Origin: an uncultured Rhizobium sp.
Lineage (GTDB): Bacteria > Pseudomonadota > Alphaproteobacteria > Rickettsiales > UBA1997
Direction: 5' to 3'
DNA length: 64,000 bases
NCBI GenBank assembly: GCA_964461905.1
Contig: CAYWVI010000002.1
Span: 661-64,660 of the forward strand
Part shown: piece by piece, positions 47,751-57,547 of the stretch
How positions within the stretch are numbered: the first letter of the stretch is position 1
Layout of the letters: every line of letters starts with the position of its first letter
Notes under the pieces: generated by a model
Told to the model about the DNA's origin: nothing
Database searches by the model: none
Seen by the model: only the letters and a program-made list of their open reading frames with translations
Position numbers and translations under genes: made by a program

Positions 47751-49265
47751 ATGGTTGCCAAAGTTAAAACCTTTTCCTTTGTTGGAATTGATGTTGCTGT
47801 TGTTGATGTTCAAGTAAAAATCTCTCCCGGAATGTCGAGCTTTACAATTGTTGGCTTGCCCGATAAAGCAGTTGGCGAGTCAAAAGAACGTGTGCGAGCT
47901 GCCATTTCTTCAACTGGTCTTTCTTGGCCTTACAAAAAAATTACCGTTAATCTTGCGCCAGCTGATTTGCAAAAAGAAGGAAGTCATTTTGATTTGGCAA
48001 TTGCTCTTGGCATTATGATTGAAATCGGTGTTTTAGAACAAAAATTAGTTGATGATTTTTTTGTGCTAGGCGAGTTATCTCTTGATGGATCGATCAATCC
48101 AATTGGCGGCATTATTTCGGCATCAATTGGTGCTAATCAAAGAAATTCAGGCATAATTTGCCCAATTTTAAATGGTCGCGAAGCTGCTTGGGCAGGAGAT
48201 TTACCAATTATTGCCGCACCTGATTTAATAACTTTGGTTAATCATTTAAAGGGCGAGCAAATTTTAGAACGCCCTGAAACTAGCACAATCTTTGCTGATA
48301 AAAAATATGGCGATTTGTCAGAAGTTAAAGGGCAAGAAATTCCAAAACGCGCTTTAGAAATTGCCGCTGCTGGTGGACATAATTTATTGATGGTTGGACC
48401 TCCCGGAACTGGAAAATCAATGTTGGCATCTCGCCTACCATCTATTTTGCCGCCTTGTGAATTAGAAGAAATTCTTGAAATCAACATGATTCATAGCATT
48501 AGCGGCAAAATTCTTGATGGTAAATTAATTACCTCAAGACCTTATCGCGAAGTTCATCACTCTTGCTCAATGCCAGCAATGGTTGGTGGCGGAACCAAAG
48601 CCAAGCCGGGCGAAGTTTCATTAGCTCATAACGGAGTTTTATTTTTAGATGAATTAGCAGAATTTCCACGTCAAGTTTTGGACTCTTTGCGTCAACCTTT
48701 AGAAACTGGCGACATTAGCATTTCTCGCGTTAATTCGCACATAACTTATCCTGCAAATTTTCAGTTAGTTTCAGCAATGAATCCTTGTCGTTGTGGTTTT
48801 CTTGGAGATGTAAAACGAGAATGTAAAAAAGCTCCAGATTGTGCAGTTGATTATCAAAACAAAATTTCTGGACCACTTTTGGATCGTATCGACATTGTGG
48901 TAAATGTTGGCGCAATTGATATTTTTTCAGCCACAACTTTACCAAAAGGCGAAAGCTCAGAAATAATTTTAGATAGAGTTTTAAAGGCCAGAAACTTACA
49001 AAAAGAAAGATATAGTAATGAAGAAGAGATGACTAATTTGCCAAAAATCAACGCTAAAATTAGTGGCAAAATTCTCGAAAAGTTTTGTGAACTCGATTCA
49101 GAATGTCAGAAAATTTTACAAACTTCTGTTGAAAAAATGCAAAGCTCCATGCGTGGAATCACTAGAATATTAAGAGTTGCACGAACAATTGCCGATTTAG
49201 AAAGAAGTGAAAAAATTCAACAAAATCACTTACTTGAAGCAATTTCTTATCGTAGGAAAATTTAG
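47751..49265 (+). CDS. comM: YifB/ComM-family Mg-chelatase-like AAA+ ATPase
   Basis: 504 aa with an N-terminal Lon-like ChlI domain (VDVQV...GLPDKAV.ESKERV), Walker A GPPGTGKSM, Walker B VLFLDEL and C-terminal RVARTIADLE. Confidence 0.92.
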   Translation: MVAKVKTFSFVGIDVAVVDVQVKISPGMSSFTIVGLPDKAVGESKERVRAAISSTGLSWPYKKITVNLAPADLQKEGSHFDLAIALGIMIEIGVLEQKLVDDFFVLGELSLDGSINPIGGIISASIGANQRNSGIICPILNGREAAWAGDLPIIAAPDLITLVNHLKGEQILERPETSTIFADKKYGDLSEVKGQEIPKRALEIAAAGGHNLLMVGPPGTGKSMLASRLPSILPPCELEEILEINMIHSISGKILDGKLITSRPYREVHHSCSMPAMVGGGTKAKPGEVSLAHNGVLFLDELAEFPRQVLDSLRQPLETGDISISRVNSHITYPANFQLVSAMNPCRCGFLGDVKRECKKAPDCAVDYQNKISGPLLDRIDIVVNVGAIDIFSATTLPKGESSEIILDRVLKARNLQKERYSNEEEMTNLPKINAKISGKILEKFCELDSECQKILQTSVEKMQSSMRGITRILRVARTIADLERSEKIQQNHLLEAISYRRKI

Positions 49266-49969
49266 TTCAGATTTTCAATTTCTTCCAAAATTATTTTTTG
49301 AAGACGTGATAAATCACTTAAATGTGGCGCGTGACCGCAGTTTTTAAATATTTCTAAGCGAAAATCTTTAATTCTTTCTAAAAAATAATTTGCCTGACTG
49401 GCGTGAACAATCATGTCTCCAGCTCCCTGAATAAAAACGGTTCGCGGCATTTGTGAAAAATCAACATCAAAACAAGAAAATCTGCTTAACTCTTGCAACC
49501 AAAACTGAAGTTGAGAAAAGTTTTTATCATTAATATCTAGGGTTTTAGCAATGTCTTTAGCATTGCGATCATTCATTGCAGTTAAGATTGAGAATTGCTT
49601 TAAAGTTTGCGTTGGTGCTAAAGAGAAATTTTTATAAAACTCATCAAAAGTTGTTTTGGACATACCAGCAAAAATCTTTTCGTCTTTTATCATCTGAAAA
49701 GGCGGAGCTAATAAAACCAAGAGCTTTGGTGTAACTATTTTTTGTTCTATTAAACGGACTGCTAATTGTCCTCCTAAACTCCAGCCAATTAAAATTTCTG
49801 GATCAAATTTTTGAGATTTAAATAAATCAAAAAAATCTGAAACTTTGCTAAGAACCGAGTAGTCAAAAGAAGACACAAAAAAAGGGTCAAAATCAAGTTC
49901 TTTAAAAATTATTTCTAAAGAATCTGATTTTTGACCCCAGCCAGAAAGGCAAAGAATTTTTTTAGGCAA
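49262..49969 (-). CDS. alpha/beta hydrolase, BioH-like carboxylesterase
   Basis: 235 aa with the nucleophile elbow GWSLGG, an Asp region GAGDMIV and the catalytic His in CGHAPHLS. Confidence 0.55.
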   Translation of the reverse strand: MPKKILCLSGWGQKSDSLEIIFKELDFDPFFVSSFDYSVLSKVSDFFDLFKSQKFDPEILIGWSLGGQLAVRLIEQKIVTPKLLVLLAPPFQMIKDEKIFAGMSKTTFDEFYKNFSLAPTQTLKQFSILTAMNDRNAKDIAKTLDINDKNFSQLQFWLQELSRFSCFDVDFSQMPRTVFIQGAGDMIVHASQANYFLERIKDFRLEIFKNCGHAPHLSDLSRLQKIILEEIENLN

Positions 49970-49971
49970 AG

Positions 49972-50235
49972 TTACGCAGCAAAATCAAAATTGCCGAATT
50001 TTTTCTTGAACTTAGTAAGTCTTTCGTTGTTAGCATTAACGAAGTTTTTAGCGGCACCATCTTGCCAAGCTGAGTGATTCTTTGGATCAGCATCCAAAAT
50101 TAATGTATCACCTTCTTTACCCCATGTAGTCATGATTTGGAAGGTTGATTTATCGGTCATAACAACATTAACGATATGCTGTTTTGGATCGATTCCAGTA
50201 ATGGTATTTTTTGTAATTTTTGCTTGAGCAGACAT
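49972..50235 (-). CDS. rpmE: 50S ribosomal protein L31 (alpha-proteobacterial non-zinc form)
   Basis: VVMTDKSTFQIMTTWGKEGDTLILDADPKNHSAWQ....RLTKFKKKFG parallels the alpha-type L31 pattern VMTDG..y.t.STwG.eg..m.LDIDPksHPAWTG. It has a ~12-aa N-terminal extension. Confidence 0.8.
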   Translation of the reverse strand: MSAQAKITKNTITGIDPKQHIVNVVMTDKSTFQIMTTWGKEGDTLILDADPKNHSAWQDGAAKNFVNANNERLTKFKKKFGNFDFAA

Positions 50236-50432
50236 TTTTAATTACTTTATTATTTTAAATAATCTTTGAAAAGGCGGGGCAACCTATTTATCACTTTTGC
50301 CAAAGTCAATAGATTTAAAACTTGACATTGCATGTAATAATATAAGAAAATGTTCCCCCTAAAAATTTAGTTCATAAAATTTATCAGAAAAACCCGCTAC
50401 CCACATAAAATTCGTAATCAAAGAATTTTTTA

Positions 50433-51668
50433 ATGAGCAGAAATAACTTAAGAAACATAAAAAGATCAAATAACCGAGGCCTTGGCATTTCTTTGCTTAG
50501 AGTTATGGTACGTTTGTATAAGTTGCTTTTTGCAAAAAGGACCATCCTTTTTGTTACCAACAAAAAAATCCGCACCCTAACTTTAGGACCCGCAGTGCAA
50601 GCTCTTATGCTTATAGCTTTGGTTTTTATTGGTGATCTCTTTGTACAAACTCTACGTTATGACCAAGTAGTTTCTGAAAAATCTGACCAAATTAGTCACC
50701 TACAATCAGCTAACGAATATTTCCAAGATGAGGTTGGAGACCTTAATGAAAAACTAGCTAAAATCACAGAATATTTGCATGCTGTTACAGGCTCTTCTCA
50801 AGAAGTTAAAGGAGAAGAATTCAAGTTTAATCAACCAAAAAGCTTTAAGGAACAAGACCTTTCTGGTCAAGATAGCCATACGTTTAAGCAGCTAAAAGAT
50901 GCTAATCAGAAACTTGCTCACATTCAAACAATTGCACAAGGTCGAATTAAGAAAATTGAAAATATCATTTCAATTACTGGGCTCAATCTAAACAAAATGC
51001 CTCAAAAAATCTTACATGAAAAATCATCAGATTTAGAAAGAGAAATATCTTTAAATGAAAAAAAACACTTAGTTAAAGGGCAAGGCGGGCCAGAATCTGA
51101 TATAAATTCTCTTGAAGAAATAATGAACGCTAAATCGCAAGAGCAAGAAGATTTAGAAAAGCATCTAGAAAAAATGAAATTTACCAATGCAATTGACTAT
51201 CTAATTGCACTAGAAAAGGTTGCAACTGCCTTACCTCTAGCACGTCCAATGAAAAACTACTACATTTCAAGCGGCTTTGGATCAAGAGTTGACCCAATAA
51301 CTGGAAGATCTGCAAGACATCAAGGTCTTGATTTTGTTGGAATGTCTCAAGAAAAAATCATCAGCCCTTCTGTTGGCAAAGTAATATTAGCTGGCAAGTA
51401 TAGCGATTACGGCAACGCCGTGGTGATTGATCATGGATTTGGAATCACAACTCGCTATGGCCACTTATCTGCTGTAAAAGTAAAAAACGGACAAATGGTT
51501 AAAAAAGGTGAAGTTATCGCTCTTCAGGGCAATACTGGACGAAGCACAGGTCAACATCTTCACTATGAAGTACGTTATAAAAATATACCTCTAAATCCAA
51601 GAAAGTTCCTAGAAGCTGGAGAGGCATTAATTAACGAAGAAAAAAATATTAAACATGCCAATAGCTAG
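50433..51668 (+). CDS. M23-family metallopeptidase with N-terminal TM segment and coiled coil
   Basis: The C-terminal LytM domain shows SSGFGSRVDPITGRSARHQGLDF, VIDHGFGITTRYGHLS and GNTGRSTGQHLHYEV. The exact start is uncertain. Confidence 0.85.
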   Translation: MSRNNLRNIKRSNNRGLGISLLRVMVRLYKLLFAKRTILFVTNKKIRTLTLGPAVQALMLIALVFIGDLFVQTLRYDQVVSEKSDQISHLQSANEYFQDEVGDLNEKLAKITEYLHAVTGSSQEVKGEEFKFNQPKSFKEQDLSGQDSHTFKQLKDANQKLAHIQTIAQGRIKKIENIISITGLNLNKMPQKILHEKSSDLEREISLNEKKHLVKGQGGPESDINSLEEIMNAKSQEQEDLEKHLEKMKFTNAIDYLIALEKVATALPLARPMKNYYISSGFGSRVDPITGRSARHQGLDFVGMSQEKIISPSVGKVILAGKYSDYGNAVVIDHGFGITTRYGHLSAVKVKNGQMVKKGEVIALQGNTGRSTGQHLHYEVRYKNIPLNPRKFLEAGEALINEEKNIKHANS

Positions 51669-52077
51669 CCTTAAAGCAAAAGTAGCAGCAATCGCTAATG
51701 ATTTAGAAGAAGAAAACAGCTCAAGGAAAAATAAAATAGAAGTAATCAGCAAGTCACATTCTAGAAGCACTCCAACTATTCTTTCTCAAGATCTTGTAGT
51801 GATTGGCGAGATTGTAAGCAGCGGAATCGTAGAAATAGAAGGAAGAATTAAAGGAACAATCAAAGGAAATACGGTGATTGTTAGAGAAAATGGTTTTATT
51901 GAAGGTAAAATCTATGCTGAATCTTTAAGTCTTAGAGGCAATTTTGAAGGCAATATTTATGCCCAAAATATTGACATTTCTAGCAAAGCAAATGTTTCTG
52001 GAGATATAGAGTACCAAAGTTTGTCAGTAGAAGATGGAGCCTGCATCGACGCTCGCTTTAAGAAATTATCTAACTAA
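51655..52077 (+). CDS. bactofilin (polymer-forming cytoskeletal protein, DUF583)
   Basis: 140 aa with repetitive beta-helix windings: VVIGEIVSSGIVEIEGRIKGTIKGNTVIVRENGFIEGKIYAESLSLRGNFEGNIYAQNIDISSKANVSGDIEYQSLSVEDGA. It overlaps the M23 gene by 14 nt. Confidence 0.85.
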   Translation: MPIASLKAKVAAIANDLEEENSSRKNKIEVISKSHSRSTPTILSQDLVVIGEIVSSGIVEIEGRIKGTIKGNTVIVRENGFIEGKIYAESLSLRGNFEGNIYAQNIDISSKANVSGDIEYQSLSVEDGACIDARFKKLSN

Positions 52078-52286
52078 ATCTGCACCGATTTTTTTAACTT
52101 ATCTAAGCTCTTTTCTATTTTTCTTAATGAATCACTAACTTCTTTATGAATTTTTGGATCAATCGCAGCCACCTTAATTTTTGCAAAATTTCTTAGTTTG
52201 GCTTTTGGATTAATTTTTGTTCCAGCCACAATTTGCAAATCATCCGCTATAAAATCATCTAATTCAAAATTATTTTTTGCCGACAT
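52074..52286 (-). CDS. small hypothetical protein
   Basis: 70-aa ORF starting 3 nt after the stop of the upstream transporter gene on the same strand. No recognisable motif. Confidence 0.4.
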   Translation of the reverse strand: MSAKNNFELDDFIADDLQIVAGTKINPKAKLRNFAKIKVAAIDPKIHKEVSDSLRKIEKSLDKLKKSVQI

Positions 52287-52289
52287 TAT

Positions 52290-53345
52290 TTAGGTAAATC
52301 TTTTTTTATATTCTAAGGCAAAATGCTTAATTATTACTCCAAAAACTGCAGTTAGAGGAACAGCCACTAAAACACCAATAAAACCAAACAAAGCACCACA
52401 AACAAATAAACCAAAAATTAACCAAACTGGATGCAATCCTATTTTTTCTCCGATCAATTTTGGAGTTAAAAAGTTTGATTCAACAATCTGACCAAAAATA
52501 AAGACTAAAGAAACAATCAAAATATGTCCCACATCAAATCCCCATTGAAATAATGCTACAAAAATTGCAGAAGTGACTCCAACTAACATCCCAACATAAG
52601 GAATAAACGAGAATAAACCAGTTAAAAAACCAATTAAAAAACCAAAGTTAAGACCAGTGAAACTCAATAAGCAGGAATAAATAATACCTAAAATTAAACA
52701 TACATTAAACTGACCACGAACATATCCAGAAAGAGTTTTATCTATATCAATGGCAATTTTTTTAACCGTTGCCGCAACAGTTTTGGGCAAATAATTACTC
52801 GTTTTACTGACCAAAATATCCCAATCTTTAAGAAGATAAAATACCAAAATTGGCGTGATAAAAATTAGAGAAATAATGTTTATAAAAAATGCTGATGAGC
52901 TAATGGCATTATGAAATAAATCTTGCGATAAATTAACAAACTTACTTGTGACTTCCTGATTCGCCAAAATATGAGAAAAATCGTTATCCAACTTAAATCC
53001 AAATTTATTTAAACTATCAGCTATTTTTGGATAAAAGTCATTTACAAGAGTTTGGCAATAATCTGGAATTGTTGCTATCAAAGACACAAATTGGGCATAA
53101 ATTACTGGCAATAAAAACGAACTTACACCTACCAGAACAATTAGAAACAAGCTCAAAATAAGAGAAGTTGCTGCAACCCTAGAAAGCTTACATTTGTGAC
53201 ACAAGCGATCAACCAAAGGATCAAGAAAATAAGCTATTACCAAAGAAAATATAAATGGCGTTAACACTGATTTTACCAAATAAATCAACCAAATAACCAC
53301 TGCTAAAATTAACAAAATAGAGAGAATTTTATCTTTGGTTTTCAT
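52290..53345 (-). CDS. AI-2E family transporter (PerM/YhhT-like)
   Basis: 351 aa with ~8 TM segments. IPYVGMLVG and the SNFLTPKLIGEKIGLHPVWLIFGL pattern are typical of this family. Confidence 0.82.
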   Translation of the reverse strand: MKTKDKILSILLILAVVIWLIYLVKSVLTPFIFSLVIAYFLDPLVDRLCHKCKLSRVAATSLILSLFLIVLVGVSSFLLPVIYAQFVSLIATIPDYCQTLVNDFYPKIADSLNKFGFKLDNDFSHILANQEVTSKFVNLSQDLFHNAISSSAFFINIISLIFITPILVFYLLKDWDILVSKTSNYLPKTVAATVKKIAIDIDKTLSGYVRGQFNVCLILGIIYSCLLSFTGLNFGFLIGFLTGLFSFIPYVGMLVGVTSAIFVALFQWGFDVGHILIVSLVFIFGQIVESNFLTPKLIGEKIGLHPVWLIFGLFVCGALFGFIGVLVAVPLTAVFGVIIKHFALEYKKRFT

Positions 53346-53346
53346 G

Positions 53347-54432
53347 CTATTTTGCTGTAAAAATTATATAAGAATTTTCTGAGGTTTTGTTGAGCAAAAT
53401 TCCTATACTTAAGAAAGCTTCCGCAATATCAATTTCGTTATTTAGATAATTAACCGAAATTATTATTCTGTCACTTGCCAAAGATTCGACATTTAATTGG
53501 CTCACAAGATTGCTGTTTTCAATCTTATTTTTAATTGCCAACCAATTTGATAAACTTGTGACAGGAATTTGGATTCGCACAATATTCGAAGATACAGCCT
53601 GATTTTGTAAAAATTGTGGTGAGTTAATGTAATCAATAACTTTATCCGCAACTTTTTGCATCAAAGATTCTGCATTTAAGCGATTTATATTAACAAAACT
53701 TAATTTGATCTGCTTTTTTTGCGCTTTACGAATATAATAAACATTGATGTTCACCTTATTTTCAATTTCATCAAAAGTATAAAACATGTTAAAAACTGCC
53801 CCTGCCAAATAACGCGAAATCATTGGTTCTAACTCAGAATAACCAACAAACATCACATTATCACGACCTAATAAAGATAAGTTGTTAATATCAGCTTCAG
53901 GAACAATATATTTTTTGCTTAGGTTCTTTTTATTGATAGCATTGTTCACAGCCGATCTCCAATCATTTTGATCTTCCCAAACTATTGGCTGTTTATTTTC
54001 AATTTTGATTGGGATAATCAAATATTTCTCTTCATCTTTTTTAGATAATCCTGAAAAAAACGATGCCCCAGCAGTTGATTTTTTCTGGCTTAAAATATGT
54101 TCAACAAAATCTTGGGCAAAAACTATATTAAAAGTTGCGAAATAGCTGTTTCCTGCAATTTTTTCACCATCAGTTTGTTCAAGACGAACCATATCAGAAA
54201 TTTCATCATTTGAAACGCTGTCAGCAACATTTACATCTATATCCAAACGAGTCAGTAAAATTAAAAAAGCATCACGCCTTGCAGTTGCAACTGCTAAGTT
54301 TCTAGCATCACTTGGCGATTTTCCAACTACACTCACCTCAACATTTTCAACAGAATAAATATTTTCATCTGCGCAAAAGGCAGGATTAGAAAAAAATATT
54401 AGACAATATAAAAGTAAAAAAATTCTCGACAT
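53347..54432 (-). CDS. secreted hypothetical protein, possibly DUF2066-like
   Basis: 361 aa with signal peptide MSRIFLLLYCLIFFSNPAFC. The N-terminal YSVENVEVSVVGKSPSDARNLAVATARRDAFLILLTRL resembles my recollection of the DUF2066 opening. Confidence 0.45.
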   Translation of the reverse strand: MSRIFLLLYCLIFFSNPAFCADENIYSVENVEVSVVGKSPSDARNLAVATARRDAFLILLTRLDIDVNVADSVSNDEISDMVRLEQTDGEKIAGNSYFATFNIVFAQDFVEHILSQKKSTAGASFFSGLSKKDEEKYLIIPIKIENKQPIVWEDQNDWRSAVNNAINKKNLSKKYIVPEADINNLSLLGRDNVMFVGYSELEPMISRYLAGAVFNMFYTFDEIENKVNINVYYIRKAQKKQIKLSFVNINRLNAESLMQKVADKVIDYINSPQFLQNQAVSSNIVRIQIPVTSLSNWLAIKNKIENSNLVSQLNVESLASDRIIISVNYLNNEIDIAEAFLSIGILLNKTSENSYIIFTAK

Positions 54433-54512
54433 TTTGAATCAGATACAAAAAATTACTTCTTGTGAAGCCATAGATTTCAAGCTTTGCGCCCCCTTCTTAA
54501 ATCGCAAGAAAA

Positions 54513-55505
54513 ATGTCTTTAAATTATAAACAAGCTGGCGTTGATATTGACGCTGGAAACGAATTGGTTAATCGTATTAAACCTTTAGCCAAAGCAACAT
54601 CTCGAATTGGATCCGCTTCAGATCTTGGAGGATTTGGTGCCCTTTTTGATTTGAAAAAATGCAACTTTCGTGACCCTGTTTTAGTCTCTTCAACTGATGG
54701 AGTTGGAACTAAACTTAAAGTTGCAATTGAAGTTGGAAAACACGATACAATCGGAATTGATTTAGTCGCAATGTCGGTAAATGACCTTGTAGTTCAAGGA
54801 GCGGAGCCGCTTTTCTTTCTTGATTATTTTGCTTGCTCAAAACTTGAAGTTGAAGTTGCAACACAAGTAATTTCAGGAATTGCTGCGGGTTGCAAACTTG
54901 CTGGATGCGCATTAATTGGTGGAGAAACTGCAGAAATGCCGGGAATGTATCAGGATGGAGATTACGATTTAGCTGGATTTGCTGTTGGCGCAGTTGAACG
55001 CGATCAAATTTTGCCAAAAGAAACTAAAGCTGGCGATGTTTTAATAGGTTTAAAATCAAGTGGCGTTCATTCAAACGGATATTCCTTAGCCCGTTTTATT
55101 CTATCACAAAATTCGGTGAAATTCTCTGATAAATTTTCTGATAGCCAAACTGTTGGCGAAACCTTGCTAACTCCAACAAAAATCTACGTAAAATCTTGTT
55201 TGTCAGCGATTAAAACTGGCAAAGTGAAAGCTTTGTCACACATTACTGGTGGCGGATTAGTAGAAAATTTACCACGAGTTTTATCAAAAAATGTAACGCC
55301 AAAAATTGATTATAAATCTTGGAATAGACCTGAAATTTTTAACTATTTACAAAGCCTCGGAAAAGTTACTGATGAAGAAATGCATCGTACTTTTAACTGC
55401 GGAATTGGCATGGTTTTAGTTGTTGATAAATCTGATGCTGAAGAAATTAAAGAAATTCTAAACATAGCTGGAGAAGAAGCCTTTGTAATTGGAGAGTTAA
55501 AATAA
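54513..55505 (+). CDS. purM: phosphoribosylformylglycinamidine cyclo-ligase (AIR synthetase)
   Basis: 330 aa with YKQAGVDIDAGN, GGFGALF, STDGVGTKL, DLVAMSVNDLVVQGAEPLFFLDY, GGETAEMPG and HITGGG. Confidence 0.95.
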   Translation: MSLNYKQAGVDIDAGNELVNRIKPLAKATSRIGSASDLGGFGALFDLKKCNFRDPVLVSSTDGVGTKLKVAIEVGKHDTIGIDLVAMSVNDLVVQGAEPLFFLDYFACSKLEVEVATQVISGIAAGCKLAGCALIGGETAEMPGMYQDGDYDLAGFAVGAVERDQILPKETKAGDVLIGLKSSGVHSNGYSLARFILSQNSVKFSDKFSDSQTVGETLLTPTKIYVKSCLSAIKTGKVKALSHITGGGLVENLPRVLSKNVTPKIDYKSWNRPEIFNYLQSLGKVTDEEMHRTFNCGIGMVLVVDKSDAEEIKEILNIAGEEAFVIGELK

Positions 55506-56315
55506 ATGATTGATCGCAAAATTTCGGTTCACTTACAAGATTTTCCTAATCTTTCTTTTTTAGAAAATGAGGCTGACTTAGTAGCCAACATGGATTTAGT
55601 CCGCAGCATTTGTTCTGTTGCGCTTGCAATTCGTGACAATAAAAATCTACGAGTTCGTTTACCTTTAGCTAAATTGATAGTAATTGGTAAAAATTCTGCC
55701 CGAATTTTGCCTTTTTTTGAAATTATTGCTGATGAAGTAAACGTAAAATCAATCGAAATTAAAGAAGAAATTTCTGATTTTGCCGAATTAAAATTGCAGA
55801 TAAATTTTAAAAAAATCGGCGCGAAATTTGGCTCAAAAATCAAAGAAATCACAACATCTGCAAAAACTGGTGAATGGAAAAAAATCTCCGAAAAACAAAT
55901 AGAAATTGCTGGGGTTATTTTAGAAGGAGATGATTTTGAAATTAAATTAGCCACCAAAAATAGTGACGAAAAAAAGTTTGCAACTCTGCCACTTCCAACC
56001 AATGATTACCTAGTTCAACTAAACATTGAAATGACCAAAGAATTAGAAGATGAAGGAATTGCTCGCGATATAATTCGTGCCATTCAGCAAAACAGAAAAG
56101 ATGCCGATCTCAATATTTCCAATCACATAAACTTAAAAATATTTTCCGATAATTCGCGCATTTTAGAAGCCGCAAAAATTCATGAAAATTATATCAAAGA
56201 ACAAGTTTTGTGCGATTCTCTTTCTTACGTTAACAGCGCATCTGATTTGAAAAATTCTACAAAATTTTCTTACGAAACAACTTTGGATGAAGGGGTTTTG
56301 GTTACTGGTTTTTAA
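55506..56315 (+). CDS. orphan ORF encoding only the C-terminal ~270 aa of a type-2 isoleucyl-tRNA synthetase
   Basis: SVHLQDFP, MDLVRSICSVALAIRDNKNLRVRLPL, IIADEVNVKSIE and ELEDEGIARDIIRAIQQNRKDADLNISNHINL follow the order of the C-terminal extension of eukaryote-like IleRS. There is no catalytic or editing domain. The ATG directly follows the purM stop (TAAATG). Confidence 0.7.
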   Translation: MIDRKISVHLQDFPNLSFLENEADLVANMDLVRSICSVALAIRDNKNLRVRLPLAKLIVIGKNSARILPFFEIIADEVNVKSIEIKEEISDFAELKLQINFKKIGAKFGSKIKEITTSAKTGEWKKISEKQIEIAGVILEGDDFEIKLATKNSDEKKFATLPLPTNDYLVQLNIEMTKELEDEGIARDIIRAIQQNRKDADLNISNHINLKIFSDNSRILEAAKIHENYIKEQVLCDSLSYVNSASDLKNSTKFSYETTLDEGVLVTGF

Positions 56316-56387
56316 ATCCTAAAAGCCTTTTGTTAAAACCTTGTCACCCCATCTTTTACGACAAGGTGACACGGGAACCCATTGAAA

Positions 56388-57455
56388 CTAATCTTCCTGC
56401 GACATCTTCTTGGCCTGATCATCCGCAATCAAACCTTCAATAAACTCATCCAAATCTCCAAGCATTACGGCGTCAATTTGAAAGCTGGTTAAATTAATTC
56501 TGTGATCCGTCACGCGACTTTGTGGAAAATTGTAAGTTCTAATTCTTTCAGATCTGTCGCCACTTCCAACTTGTTCTTTACGATTTGCGGCGCGCTCTTT
56601 GTCAACTCTTGCGCGCTCGGCATCGTAAATTCTAGAACGCAAAACTTTCATCGCTTTTTCGCGGTTTTTAATTTGCGATTTTTCATCTTGCATTGAAACC
56701 ACAACGCCAGTTGGAATGTGCGTGATTCTAACTGCCGAGTCAGTTGTATTTACAGATTGTCCGCCCGGGCCACTTGAGCGAAAAACGTCAATTCGTAAAT
56801 CTTTTTCTTCAATTTTAATGTCCACTTCTTCAGCTTCTGGAAGCACGGCAACTGTTGCGGCAGAAGTGTGAACTCGCCCTTGATTTTCAGTTTCTGGAAC
56901 GCGCTGAACACGATGCACACCAGATTCAAATTTTAAACGCGCGAAAACTCCACGCCCAGAAATTGAAGCAGAAGCGTCTTTGTAGCCGCCAAGACCCGTG
57001 TCGTTAATTGCCAAAATTTCAAATTTCCATTTTCTTCTTTCGGCATATTTTTGATACATGGCAAAAAGCTTGTAAGCAAAAAGTGCCGCTTCTTCGCCAC
57101 CAGTTCCAGCGCGCACCTCGAGAATTGCGTTTTTTTCATCCGCTGCATCTTTTGGCAAAAGAGAAATTTTAATTTGTTGCTCAAGCTCAGGAATTTTTTT
57201 AGATAAATCGAAACGCTCTTGTTCCAACATGTTGCGCATGTCTTGATCGGTTGTAAGCGGCAAAATTTCATCAATTTCTTCCGCTTCTTTTTGCGCTTTG
57301 CGATATTCGCCAATCAGCTCCACAACAGGCACCATGTCGGAATGTTCTTTTGAAACTTTAGCAAAAGTTTGACCCAAACTAGAAGGATCCAACAATTTTT
57401 TTTCAAGCTCGGCAAATTTGGTAACAATGCCGTTTAGTTTTGGCGTGAATGACAT
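56388..57455 (-). CDS. prfA: peptide chain release factor 1
   Basis: The start is set at MSFTPKL (57455). Motifs seen: [14 protein letters not shown] (the RF1 PxT region) and [19 protein letters not shown] (GGQ). Confidence 0.95.
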   Translation of the reverse strand: MSFTPKLNGIVTKFAELEKKLLDPSSLGQTFAKVSKEHSDMVPVVELIGEYRKAQKEAEEIDEILPLTTDQDMRNMLEQERFDLSKKIPELEQQIKISLLPKDAADEKNAILEVRAGTGGEEAALFAYKLFAMYQKYAERRKWKFEILAINDTGLGGYKDASASISGRGVFARLKFESGVHRVQRVPETENQGRVHTSAATVAVLPEAEEVDIKIEEKDLRIDVFRSSGPGGQSVNTTDSAVRITHIPTGVVVSMQDEKSQIKNREKAMKVLRSRIYDAERARVDKERAANRKEQVGSGDRSERIRTYNFPQSRVTDHRINLTSFQIDAVMLGDLDEFIEGLIADDQAKKMSQED

Positions 57456-57547
57456 TAATTTTGAAATTGATTTATTTTTGGATGTTTTAGAGAGTGCAAT
57501 TTTATACTCTAAAACCAAGGGTTTTCAAAAATTACAAAACAAAATCA

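Noticed and set aside
50236-50432. A sigma70 promoter built on TTGACA at ~50325
   Set aside because: No acceptable -10 hexamer lies at 16-18 bp spacing. AT-rich DNA generates many such partial matches.
56316-56387. A terminator hairpin between the IleRS fragment and prfA (CTTGTC...GACAAG / TGTCACC...GGTGACA)
   Set aside because: There are only 6-7 bp alternative stems with 14-16 nt loops and no T-tract, which is too weak to call.
56388-57455. Programmed +1 frameshift in a release-factor gene
   Set aside because: The gene is RF1 (PxT-type motif PET), not RF2. The frame is continuous and no frameshift site is needed.
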